Below are positions 49,036-59,343 of a DNA stretch of 64,000 nt, one piece after another. Each line of letters starts with the position of its first letter. The stretch's first letter is position 1. A program made the position numbers and the translations under genes. The DNA comes from Candidatus Kaiserbacteria bacterium (lineage in GTDB: Bacteria; Patescibacteriota; Minisyncoccia; Phycocordibacterales; UBA2100): the NCBI GenBank assembly GCA_016186695.1, contig JACPLC010000005.1:852-64851 (forward strand), read 5' to 3'. A model generated the notes under the pieces. That model was given only the letters and a program-made list of their open reading frames with translations. It was not told the origin of the DNA and searched no databases.

Positions 49036-49710
49036 ATGAACGGAGAAAACGGAATCAACCGAGACATGATCTCCTACTACAAGGATCGTGCCCAAGAATA
49101 CGACAGAAAGGCGTACGACCCCCATGAACAACCCGAAAGACAAGCTGATATCAAGGAGGCCTCTCGGATACTTCAGGATGTTTTCACAGGCAAGAGTGTC
49201 CTCGAAATCGCAGCGGGACCGGGATTCTGGACCACGATAATCGCACAAGCAGCGAAGTCAATTACTGCAACCGACGTGAACGAAGCGGTCATCGATCTAG
49301 CCCGAAAAAAACAGTACCCTGAAGGCAAAGTGACGTTCCGTGTTGCCGACATGTACGCACTCGGAGACATGCCTCTACACGACGCATTGTTCGGAGGATT
49401 TATTTTCAGTCACATTCTCAAGCAGGACTACGACAAGTTTCTAGACGCCATCAATGGCTACGTCCGCCCCGGGGGGAGTGTGGTACTGATGGACAACAAC
49501 AGAACTCTTACTCCGAGACCGGCGGACAGGACTGATGAGCAAGGAAACAACTATCGGCTGCGAACACTCGAAGATGGAAGTAAACACGAAATCGTCAAGA
49601 ACTATCCAACCCAGGAGGAACTCAGGTCTGTGCTACGCAATCGCTCAACCGGTATGGATTTTAAGAACATGGAGCATTACTGGATTTTGACGTATCGAAC
49701 CAGTACCTGA
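49036..49710 (+). CDS. Class I SAM-dependent methyltransferase (paralogue 2)
   Basis: About 65% aa identity to the gene at 9361-10020. The start at MNGENG abuts the GHKL gene stop. Confidence 0.7.
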   Translation: MNGENGINRDMISYYKDRAQEYDRKAYDPHEQPERQADIKEASRILQDVFTGKSVLEIAAGPGFWTTIIAQAAKSITATDVNEAVIDLARKKQYPEGKVTFRVADMYALGDMPLHDALFGGFIFSHILKQDYDKFLDAINGYVRPGGSVVLMDNNRTLTPRPADRTDEQGNNYRLRTLEDGSKHEIVKNYPTQEELRSVLRNRSTGMDFKNMEHYWILTYRTST

Positions 49711-49842
49711 ACGACAACGCGAAGTATCGGTACGACCCCAGCAATCTTTCCGACTGGAAGAAGCTGAAGTTCTAGAGAACACTGCAGAAAAGCCCCGGTT
49801 GTACACCCGGGGCTTCTTGACACCTATGCGCGGTGCTATACT

Positions 49843-50021
49843 CAGTTGATCTCGACGATGGTTGCTCCGCTGGCCCAGTCTTTCACCTTCTGAGCCGACT
49901 GTTTTGCGGCGTAGCGTGTAGTATACGCTTCGCTCACGGCAACAATTTCGCCGTTGCCCGCCTTGAGCCTCCAACGTTCTCCTTTTGCCCGATCTGTGTA
50001 GATCTCAAACTTAGAAGCCAT
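49843..50021 (-). CDS. DUF1508 (YegP-like) small protein
   Basis: 59-aa ORF below the ORF-track length cutoff: MASKFEIYTDRAKGERWRLKAGNGEIVAVSEAYTTRYAAKQSAQKV. Confidence 0.6.
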
Positions 50022-50159
50022 TGTTGTTTGGTTTTATCATTTAACCCAGAGCGTCTGTACAGAGAACGGTTCGACTACGCCATTACCACTCTGGTGATGT
50101 CATTTTACCGAGTCGGTAATAGCATTGTCAACACAATTTGGTATGTATATAATGTGGAT

Positions 50160-50510
50160 ATGGTAAACCCGGAGAATAAGTACACTTTTATTGGGCAGCG
50201 AATTCGTGAAGCGCGAGAGACGGCGCACCTGTCTCAGCGCGAACTTGCCGAGAAACTCGGTTATGAGTCCGCAACGGCAATTTCATACATCGAGTCCGGC
50301 GAACGAAAGGTTTCGGTGGTCGACCTCGAGCAAATCGCCACCATCCTCGATAAGGACATCCGCTACTTCGTCGGGCGAGAGGACCAGCAGCCCAACGTCC
50401 GTGTCGCGCTTCGCGCTGAGACGGGACTCGATAAGAAGGACCAGGATGCCATCCTCCACATCATCGAGATGGCGAAGAAAAGAGCGAAGAAAGATGGAAC
50501 CGACAAATGA
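50160..50510 (+). CDS. XRE-family HTH regulator
   Basis: LSQRELAEKLGYESATAISYIESGER HTH. A TATAAT box lies 9 nt upstream. Confidence 0.75.
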   Translation: MVNPENKYTFIGQRIREARETAHLSQRELAEKLGYESATAISYIESGERKVSVVDLEQIATILDKDIRYFVGREDQQPNVRVALRAETGLDKKDQDAILHIIEMAKKRAKKDGTDK

Positions 50511-51021
50511 CAGAGCACGGATAGGATCGGCCAGAATCCTCGCGAGGGATCTTATTAAACGATGCAAAATCAAAGAACCACCTGTTTCTCTTGGCAGCAT
50601 CATCATCCTTCTGCAGAGAACACACGACCTGAACCTCTATCCAGCGGTGGATTTTTCAGACAGGCTCTCGGCTATTCTCGTAACGGTTGAGGATGAGTCT
50701 GTGTCCACTCGAAGGGATGAGATTCATTTCAACGAGAACCATAGCTGGCACCGGAGGCGTTTCTCTATCGCCCATGAAATCGGGCATCTCCTTTTCAACA
50801 CGACATGCAACCAGACCGGCGTGTTCTCATACGACGCGTCTTCGCCAAACGAAACTGAAGCAAATGCGTTCGCTTCGGAGCTTCTCATGCCCCTCTCTTT
50901 TCTTAAGGCCGATTTCAAACGAGGTGCGGCACAAGTACCTGAACTTGCGTGGCGGTACATCGTAAGCAAGGAGGCCATGGGCTGGAAAATAGCGAGCACC
51001 AACCTACTGACGCGAGTATAA
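50494..51021 (+). CDS. ImmA/IrrE-family metallopeptidase
   Basis: HEIGH zinc motif (IAHEIGHLLF). Overlaps the preceding XRE gene, the classic repressor/protease pair. Confidence 0.7.
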   Translation: MEPTNDRARIGSARILARDLIKRCKIKEPPVSLGSIIILLQRTHDLNLYPAVDFSDRLSAILVTVEDESVSTRRDEIHFNENHSWHRRRFSIAHEIGHLLFNTTCNQTGVFSYDASSPNETEANAFASELLMPLSFLKADFKRGAAQVPELAWRYIVSKEAMGWKIASTNLLTRV

Positions 51022-51086
51022 CGACCGATGGACCGTCCGCCGACCGGGGGCCCGTAAAGGGCCCCTCCGGGTCTGGCGGACGGTTT

Positions 51087-52889
51087 TCATGCACACATGC
51101 CCCCTCCTATGCCAAAGACATGTACCTGGACAGTGTAGGCACGTATTGCAGGTCGCGAACTGCTATAATCCAATCGACCGTCTTGAAGGCGCTTAGTTCT
51201 GAATGCGTCCAACGACCGGAGCAGAGCACCTGAAGTAGTCGGTAAATGACTGGGTCGGGTGTTAACAGAGGGCTTTTTTGAGGTTCGAGAATGTAATCGG
51301 ACTTCCGGAAGCTCTAACGGAGAAATTGGTGCAGGAATAGGCAAACCACCGCTTGGGACAACAGTTTCGGCGGTGTTTTGCATTGGTTCGAGAATTGCGT
51401 TGACCTTTGGCATCCAGTCAGCAAGGAAGCCGAAGGGTTTTGTGTACGATGGCACGACCTGTCCCTTGAGCACCGACACGCTGGAGAACGCATACGACAA
51501 GAGCAGTCGGCGTTCCTCCACGGTGGCTTTCTCACTATGGTAGATGTCCTGCGCACGCAAGGCAAGCTCGTGGATGGCGATACCGACCTTGTAATACTCC
51601 GTGTTGTCCGATTTGAGATTGTCGAGCGCCCCCACCAGACCTTCTTCTTCCTCGGTGAACTCTTTGAGCCGCTGGTCGTAAAACGGGACGGTAATCCTGC
51701 CGTCGAGCTTATCGTCGTACATCACACGCTTACGCTGCTGTATGCGCTCAAGGGAGTTGTTTATGGACTGCACCTGCGCGTCGTGGTATTCGATTTCCTC
51801 GCTGTGGCTCTCTTTGAGTGCCTTTGTGAGCACTGCAAGCACCTTCGCGCCACGAGGGGCTACAGCGACAGCGTGAGGCAACAGACGGGCTTCCAAGTCC
51901 TCCTGACGTATGTATTGCTTTTTCTCGCCCAGTTGGGCTTTACACTGCTTACAGCCGCCATACCACTGTCCCTTCTGCCGCTCCCACGTAACGGTTTTCT
52001 TGCACGCACCGCATAGCACCTTGCCCTGTAGCTCTTTGAGGTGCTTACCGTAGTACGGGCGCGGACGACCGCCATTCAGCTTCTCTCGAACCCCATCGAA
52101 CAGGTCTTTTGATATGAGCGGCTCGTGCTTCCCCTGATACAACACGTCCTTCCACAAAAACTTCCCGTAGTAAAACGGGTCTGAAAGTAGCCGGTGTACC
52201 GCGCTCTTTACCACCTTACTCCCGCCCCGACTGCGTAAGCCGAGAACGTACATTTTTTCAGTGAGCGCCTTGATGGAGTAACTTCCTGTTGCGTAGAGCG
52301 TGAACATCTGTTTGATGAGTGGAGCGACTTTCTCATCAACCACGTGGATTTTATGTCCCTTCTCACCGACGGACTTGTATCCCAGCGGCGGCTTCGTTGG
52401 CAGCCACCCCTGCGATATTTTTTCCTTCTGACCCTTCTGCACATTCTCTGACAACAATCTGACGTAATACTCGGCTGTAGCCACTTTTACACGCCACATA
52501 AACCATTCGTGCGATTTCGAGTTTTTGTGAAGCACGCACCCCTCTTTCGCGAGGTGTATCTGGTGATTTTCGTTCTCCATCAGCCACTGGTCAATGGCGG
52601 GTACATCGGCAAAGTTTCTAGTCAGGCGGTCTGTGGTCTCAACAATGATGACGGGGACTTTGCACTTACGCACATAGTTAAGCATTTCCTTGAAGGTCTT
52701 TCTGTCAATTTTACCGCTCGCACTTTCCGAAATCTGAAATACTTTCGAGATTTCGAAATTGTTTTCATTTCGCGATGCATATTCCTTCAAAAACTTCTCC
52801 TGTGCCGGAAGTGAATATCCCGTTTCTTCCTGCTCTTTTGAAGACACACGAGCGAATATAACAGCCAATGTTTTCTTTTTGGTTTCCAT
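51087..52889 (-). mobile_element. Large serine recombinase (second copy)
   Basis: AVIFARVSSKEQ catalytic region, a recombinase domain, a zinc ribbon (CGACKK...CKQCK) and a coiled coil; 600 aa. Confidence 0.85.
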
Positions 52890-53620
52890 ACAGTTTGTTA
52901 CCTAATTTTATCAGTTAGCCAATAAGCTCATAGTGAGCGAAATGCACAATTTTCAAGTCATAGATTTTTGTATTTAGTGAACTTTGGGTAAAGCGAGCTC
53001 CAAATCCCTCGTGTAGAAGGGATTTGATTAGAGAGCGTTTGCCCGTTTTCTCTCGGCACTCTCTTGCGGGAAACTTGAAAGCTCGTGAGAGCCCAACTCC
53101 GCATCTTGCGGCGACCAGTGATGCTTACGCATCGCACGCTTGCACGTGGGTTTGCCTGAAGGACATTGAAGTTTTTTTGTGTCGCAATCCCGCTACATCT
53201 CAACGACATTTCGTACGATGCGAACTTTGGTATAAAGCGTCGCCCCGTATCGCCGGTCTTTTTTAGCGTCGCTTACCGGCTCTACCCCTCCCGACGTTGG
53301 CATCAGCGCCAAAACCTGCCTCGATTTACATCGGAGCAGGTTCTGATGTTGGGCGTCCGCGATGGTCAATTTTTGCGAGCAGGTTGAAATACGAAACCCA
53401 CCCGAGAAGTACCTCTCTGGCTTCGTCGAAGCTCAAATCAACGCCGTAATCGTCCTTCGCGGCGTTCCTGAACTCCTCTACGGTCTGTTCGCTGACCATA
53501 GAGCCAGCTTATTCATTGACCCTATCTGCCTTACATACGGCACTGCTATCTCCATCAAGAAGAAAATGGCTCTACGCCGTCGCTAAATATCGGATATGAA
53601 CAGTACGAAAGGCAGAGACC

Positions 53621-54301
53621 CTACACTTTGATGACTTTGTATGCGGGATTTATGCGATACCCGCTATCTTTTTTTCCTTGAATGACCTCACCTCCATCAA
53701 TCTTGAGAAACTTTTTGATATTCTTTCTGATTTTAGCAATTTCGGTTCGTACCTGTTGCTTGTTCTTGCGTTCCAAACGCTCTGCAATCTCGCCAGTCAT
53801 ACGATACCCGTCGTTCTCGACAAGGTGGCTCAATATCCTGAACCTGTCGCTAGTAGCTTCCATCGCATAGCAGAGCTTGCCCTTCGGCTCGCACCAAAAG
53901 TTGCCGTCCTTATCAATATAAAGATGCGTTCCCGGCGGAGAAATTAACTTCTTTTCCCCGAACACCTTCTCCTCATATTCTTTGGCACGGGATAGAAAGT
54001 CCGTCGGGAATTGAATTGCCCAAGTGTCCTCCTGATACATATCTTCTTCGGCGGCGTCTTCTCTGCTATGGAATATTCTTCGCGTTATCAATCCCTGTTG
54101 CATAAATTGCTCTAGCACACGACGAATTTGCAGGTGATTGAGTTGGGCGACTTTTTCCAAGGCAGCGGCATCAAAATAGACGTAGTCGAATGGGATATAT
54201 CCAAGCTCGAACTCGTTCTGTAACACAGCGAGTATCGCAAGCAGTTTTTTACTCGCATCAGTCATAGTGGCTACAATACCTAACCTGCCAGTTTTTGCCA
54301 A
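53621..54301 (-). CDS. Putative winged-helix transcriptional regulator
   Basis: C-terminal OmpR-like wHTH pattern (GYRMTGEIAERLE...IRKNIKKFLKIDGGEVIQ...GYRI). Confidence 0.45.
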   Translation of the reverse strand: MAKTGRLGIVATMTDASKKLLAILAVLQNEFELGYIPFDYVYFDAAALEKVAQLNHLQIRRVLEQFMQQGLITRRIFHSREDAAEEDMYQEDTWAIQFPTDFLSRAKEYEEKVFGEKKLISPPGTHLYIDKDGNFWCEPKGKLCYAMEATSDRFRILSHLVENDGYRMTGEIAERLERKNKQQVRTEIAKIRKNIKKFLKIDGGEVIQGKKDSGYRINPAYKVIKV

Positions 54302-54313
54302 TCTGTATTACGA

Positions 54314-54514
54314 GTGATACACTTGCCGTCAATGGCAGAAAAAAACTACCGCATTGAGGATGCAAGGAAACTGCTTGGTGTGAGTGTGAGGTCTATGTAT
54401 CGGTACATCTCCGAAAAGAAGCTTCGGGCGACAAAAATCGGACACTGGCGTATCAGCGAGGCGGACATAAAAAGGTTCATTGCGGAGAGAACAAATATCA
54501 GGAAGCACAAATAA
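54314..54514 (+). CDS. Excisionase-family HTH (HTH_17-like) DNA-binding protein
   Basis: LLGVSVRSMYRYISEKKLRATKIGHWRISEADIKRF. Confidence 0.6.
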   Translation: MIHLPSMAEKNYRIEDARKLLGVSVRSMYRYISEKKLRATKIGHWRISEADIKRFIAERTNIRKHK

Positions 54515-54518
54515 GTGT

Positions 54519-54719
54519 ATGAAACACGACCACTGGGTAAACATTGAAGAAATCAAGCCGCCGATGGGCGAATTGAAATTTGCTGCCAAAGCTACGATAC
54601 ACGAAATCGGCAAGGGTGAAGTAGACCACGGTCTTGGAGAAGTGTGGGGCAAGACGCGGGAGGAAGCTACCCAAAAAATGAATGAGAAAATCAAGCAGTG
54701 GCTTGAGACACAACAATAA
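54519..54719 (+). CDS. Hypothetical small protein
   Basis: 66-aa ORF immediately upstream of mod. Confidence 0.3.
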   Translation: MKHDHWVNIEEIKPPMGELKFAAKATIHEIGKGEVDHGLGEVWGKTREEATQKMNEKIKQWLETQQ

Positions 54720-54721
54720 CT

Positions 54722-56510
54722 ATGGACGATAAGGAAATCGCACAGGAAAAAGAGAGGCAAATATTTCGACTTCAAAAGGAAAACGAAAAGCTAAAGAAAT
54801 CAATCAAGACCCAAAGATACGGGCTTGTTTGGGCGGACGTACCGGAAGCTTTCGATGATGATGTAGAAAACAAACTTCCTATATTTGAGGAAGTATCCAA
54901 GCTCGCAATAAAGAGCAAGGACGAAAAACCAACGCACATTTTGATTGAGGGTGATAACTATCACGCACTTACTTGTTTGAGCTACACACACAAGGGCAAG
55001 ATTGATGTCATTTACATAGACCCCCCCCTATAACACCGGCTCTGATGGTTTCCGCTACAAGGACAAACGTATTCTGGACAGGTATCCCGACGGCACAGAA
55101 GTACCAAAAGACCATCCATTCCGACACAGTTACTGGCTTTCTTTTATGAGCAAGAGGTTGGAACTTGCAAAAAGCTTGCTCAAAAAGAACGGGGCAATTT
55201 TTATTTCAATAAACGAAGATGAGTTCGCTCAACTCAAGCTACTGTGCGACCAAATATTCAATCCGGAAAACTATCTAGCGATGTTTACAATCAAGGTTCG
55301 ACACGAGGAGCGTATCCTCAAAGGCGATAAAGATTTTCACGAAGTTGTGGAGTACTTACTGATGTATCGGGCTAGTTCAGAATATAAAACGGTGAAAAAG
55401 ATTTACGATAACACTTCTCTCGACGAATATGTGTACCAAATAGTCGAAAAGACCAAGAGACCAAAAACAATCAAGCTCGGTAACAAAACCGTGGAGGTAT
55501 TCTCCCCTCAAGAATATGAGGTGGTAAAGGTGTCTTCGAACGCCAACAACCTAAAAAAGATAAACATTCGGGGTTCTATAAAGGAAGGCAACAGTAGTGG
55601 TCGTTTTTATATGGCTTACCTTGAACCGCTCAAAACAAAGGGCGTTTTATACAAAGTGTCCGATATGGGAAATGATAAATTCGGATACCGATATTTCCTC
55701 ACACCGATGAAGTTATCTCGCGTGAATGGTGATTACTTTCAGGGAGTGCCGTTGGGTATAAAGGATACGAAAGAAGTACCGTACCCGAACTATTTTGATT
55801 TTGAAAAGGACTTCAATTCAGTCGGCTATGAGGGTGGCGTTAATTTCGGTGGCGGCAAGAAACCCGTCAATTTTCTCAAGCGCATCATAGGTATCGGCTC
55901 TATGAACAAGTCGGCAGTGGTGCTGGACTTCTTCGCAGGTTCGGGAAGTACAGGAGAAGCGGTGATGAAAATGAACGAAGACGATAAGGGTACTCGCCAG
56001 TTCATTCTCATTACCAATAACTACGAACTCGTAAAAGATAAGGTCTATAAACCAATGGAGGAGGCGTGCTATCCTCGCATAAAAAATGTCATCAAGGGCT
56101 TCAATGGTAACAAAGGGGTTGGAAATTCTGCAAAGTACTACCGCACGGGGTTCGTCGGCAAACACAGTATCGCTGATGCAGATGATAGAGATAAGTTGCA
56201 ACTCGCGCATCACGCAGGAGAGATGCTTTCAGTTGCAGAAAATACACTTGAACTCGTGGAGGAAAATGAATACTGGCAAATCTTTGAGAGTAAAGACCTT
56301 TACACCGCCGTCTACTTTCGGGAGGAATACAACGAGTTTGATGATTTCATTGGTCGAGTTCGGAAGCTAAAAAAACCGGTATCCGTATATGTTTTTAGCT
56401 GGGAGGACGACCCATTCGTCGCGGATTTTGAGGACAATCCAAACATTACAGTAAAGACAATCCCGCAACCAATACTCGAAATCTATAAGCAAATCTATAA
56501 CCTCCTATGA
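54722..56510 (+). CDS. mod: Type III restriction-modification methyltransferase Mod, split by a frameshift at a poly-C tract
   Basis: N-terminal EGDNYHAL, then IYIDPP followed by a run of 8 C, after which YNTGSDGFRYKDKR continues in the +1 frame (ORF 55146-56510). Motif I DFFAGSGSTGEA lies near the C-terminus. With 7 C residues the protein would be a single product of about 596 aa. Confidence 0.8.
55021..55028 (+). repeat. Poly(C)8 homopolymeric tract inside the mod DPPY codons
   Basis: The sequence reads ata gac ccc ccc cta taa, which gives a premature stop. Seven C residues would restore gac ccc ccc tat aac acc (DPPYNT). Confidence 0.85.
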
Positions 56511-58897
56511 CCCTTGCGCCTCTCAAATTCCAAAGAGATGCCGTTGAAAATCTTACAGAGGTTTTTGTAAAGCTATGGAAGAAGACCGAAAGAAAACTAC
56601 CGATAGTGCTCAAATCTCCAACTGGTAGCGGCAAAACATTTATAACCGCCCTTTTAATTCGAGGTCTCAACCATCTACCGCAGTGGTCGGAAGATAAGGC
56701 GTTCATCTGGATTACCTTCAGCGATGAGATTGCAATGCAGAGCAAGGAAAAGTTCGGCAGATATTTTGAGAACAATCTCGAAAATAACACGCTTACCGTA
56801 CAGGACATCAATCGAGGCAAACTGTACGCAAACGATATTCTTTTCCTCAACTGGCAAAAAGTAGTCCAAGACAATGCGACTACCCGTCGTCTCAAATTAC
56901 GACGACCAGACAAGGAGGATGAAAGAAAAGAAAGTGGCAAATACTTTGAGGACTTTATCGAGGGTACTAAAGAAGAAGGACGAGAAATTGTCCTTGTTAT
57001 TGATGAGGCGCACAAGAACGTGGATACCGAGCTAGCACAACATATCGTATCAATGATAGACCCTAAAATTGTGCTTCACGTCTCTGCAACACCAGCTGAC
57101 GGCATAGTTGCAGAAGCCGCAGAACATAATAGCTTCGTTAAAGTAGACCGCGAAGAAGTCGTTGCAGAAGGACTTATCAAAGAGAGTATTGTTTTGCAGT
57201 CCGAAGAAGATTTGAAGAAAATGGGTGGTAAAGACCTTGATGAAGTTCTTCTGCAACTCGGAATAGACAAGCGAGAAACACTCGTAAAGGAGTACAAAAA
57301 ACTCGACAAAAATGTAAATCCTCTAGTTCTTATTCAGCTCCCGAACGACGACACTCGCCTTGTTGAAGCTGGCGAACGAACAAAAGAAGAAGTGGTGATG
57401 TCTTTTCTAGTCAAACAAGGCGTCAAGGAGCACAAAATTGCACGCTGGTTTGACGGGAAAAAGGAAAATATGGAGGGCATTACAGACAATGAAAGTGATG
57501 TCGATTTTATGCTTTTCAAGCAAGCCGCGGGTACGGGCTGGGATTGCCCGCGCGCATCCATTCTCGTGATGTTCAGAGAAATAACCTCAAACACTTTCTA
57601 CAAACAAACGGTCGGTCGCATCTTGCGAATGCCAGAACCACAGTTGAGAGACGATTACAAAAGCAGTCCTCTCCTTCGACGCGGCTACCTCTTCACCAAC
57701 TATCGGCGCAATCAGGTACAGATACCCGACCAAAATGACAACAATAAAGCCCAAACGCAGTCAGCGCACATCCGTTCCGGAGTACAAAACATTTCACTGC
57801 AATCCGACTACATTCCCCGTGTTGATTATGGCGACATTCCGCGCTCCTATAAATTCCAAGAAAGCTTCAGGAAATCGTTTGATGAGCATTTTGGTCTCGC
57901 GAAGGGCGACATACTCGGAAAGGCGCAGGAAAAATTAAAGAGTAAAAAACTTGACCTCGATGGCACTCTTCTGAACGCGATAGTAGCTGACGCCGAGTTT
58001 TCTGACTTCGACCAACTCGCATTCGAATTCGTGAAGAAAGGTAACGATGTTTCTCTTGAAATGTCAGTAAGCGATATTGAAAAGACCTTCAATTACCTCT
58101 GCTATCAGTTGCTCCAAGAACAGGAAGATGAACAGGCAAAATACGCTAACATTGCTCGTTCGTGGAGCGTCTTAAAATCAGCAATCCGTATCTGGTTCAA
58201 GGGCGTGCTGGGAGAAGATAGCTCATATTATTATCGCGTGTTCATCAAGGACATCCAAAAAGGTGCTGAAAGCGTGTTTCGACCTGCAATCACCAAAGCT
58301 CTCCGCGATTTCAAACCCATTGCACAGAAACTTATTGCTGACCGAAAGAAAGAGGTTGAGGAGAGAGAAAGTCCTGTCTTTACTGTTCAGTCAGAATATC
58401 AATACACAGACGACTATCGGGAAGTGCCGCAAAAACTTTGCGTCCTCGATACTTTCTATCTATTGTCTTCATATACTGGGCGCGATAACGAAATGAACTT
58501 CATCAAATACTTGGAGCAAAAGAAAGGAAAAATTGAATGGTGGTTCAAAAATGGCAATCAAGGCAAGGATTACTTCGCTGTTCGGTATATAAATTCGGAG
58601 ACGGGCAAAGAAGAACTATTTTATCCCGACTGGATTGTCCTTTTCAAGGACGGACGTATCGGCATATTTGACACAAAGAAAGGACGTACGGCTACTGATG
58701 CTGACACTGCCGATAAGGCAAGAGCTTTGCAAGCCAAAATAAAAGAATTCGGCAAAAAATATCTCGGCGGTATTGCGATTGAAGAAGCTGGTGTCTGGTA
58801 TTGCAACGATAGCTCCGAATACACATTCAAGGGGGGTCAGTCCGTCAATGACAGCAAGGGCTGGAAACCATTCGAGACGCTTTTTAATTATGTATGA
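56507..58897 (+). CDS. res: Type III restriction enzyme Res subunit (SF2 helicase plus nuclease)
   Basis: Walker A SPTGSGKT, DEAH box VIDEAH and later helicase motifs. ATGA overlap with the mod stop. Confidence 0.85.
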   Translation: MTLAPLKFQRDAVENLTEVFVKLWKKTERKLPIVLKSPTGSGKTFITALLIRGLNHLPQWSEDKAFIWITFSDEIAMQSKEKFGRYFENNLENNTLTVQDINRGKLYANDILFLNWQKVVQDNATTRRLKLRRPDKEDERKESGKYFEDFIEGTKEEGREIVLVIDEAHKNVDTELAQHIVSMIDPKIVLHVSATPADGIVAEAAEHNSFVKVDREEVVAEGLIKESIVLQSEEDLKKMGGKDLDEVLLQLGIDKRETLVKEYKKLDKNVNPLVLIQLPNDDTRLVEAGERTKEEVVMSFLVKQGVKEHKIARWFDGKKENMEGITDNESDVDFMLFKQAAGTGWDCPRASILVMFREITSNTFYKQTVGRILRMPEPQLRDDYKSSPLLRRGYLFTNYRRNQVQIPDQNDNNKAQTQSAHIRSGVQNISLQSDYIPRVDYGDIPRSYKFQESFRKSFDEHFGLAKGDILGKAQEKLKSKKLDLDGTLLNAIVADAEFSDFDQLAFEFVKKGNDVSLEMSVSDIEKTFNYLCYQLLQEQEDEQAKYANIARSWSVLKSAIRIWFKGVLGEDSSYYYRVFIKDIQKGAESVFRPAITKALRDFKPIAQKLIADRKKEVEERESPVFTVQSEYQYTDDYREVPQKLCVLDTFYLLSSYTGRDNEMNFIKYLEQKKGKIEWWFKNGNQGKDYFAVRYINSETGKEELFYPDWIVLFKDGRIGIFDTKKGRTATDADTADKARALQAKIKEFGKKYLGGIAIEEAGVWYCNDSSEYTFKGGQSVNDSKGWKPFETLFNYV

Positions 58898-59343
58898 AAC
58901 TCCTAACGGAAAAATTCGTCCAAGACAACATCATCGAATACCTATTCCGTAAGGGGTGGAGCAGAAATCTGCGGAGTAGGAATACTGACGAGCACGGCGT
59001 AGATATAAAGGTACGGAACAACAATTTTGCACGCTACTGGCTCATCGAGTGCAAGGGCGACGCCTCCAAGACAGCAAAGTATCCCCGCTCTCATCGTGAA
59101 GTATGCTTCAATCTCGCACTTGGACAAATCATCACGCGGATGAAAAGCGACGGGAAACGCGGCTATAAGTACGGGTATAAATATGGTGTCGGTTTCCCCG
59201 CGAGCTTCGAGGATTTGGTCGTCCGGCGCTTGCCGTCCAATGTCGCCGACAAGCTCAATCTTTATGTTTTCCTTGTAGATGGTAAAGGCAAGGTCGCACT
59301 CTATGACTGGAAAATGTTAAGAGTATTGCAATCCTCAAAATGA
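58894..59343 (+). CDS. Small PD-(D/E)xK-like (restriction endonuclease fold) protein
   Basis: GVDIKV ... YWLIECKG fits D ... E-x-K spacing. 149 aa. ATGA overlaps with both res and the OLD gene. Confidence 0.45.
   Translation: MKLLTEKFVQDNIIEYLFRKGWSRNLRSRNTDEHGVDIKVRNNNFARYWLIECKGDASKTAKYPRSHREVCFNLALGQIITRMKSDGKRGYKYGYKYGVGFPASFEDLVVRRLPSNVADKLNLYVFLVDGKGKVALYDWKMLRVLQSSK

Noticed and set aside
55021-55028. Calling the split mod gene a plain pseudogene
   Set aside because: The interruption is a single homopolymer-length change within an otherwise intact, motif-complete gene. This is the classic signature of a phase-variable switch or a sequencing error, so it is reported as a frameshifted CDS.
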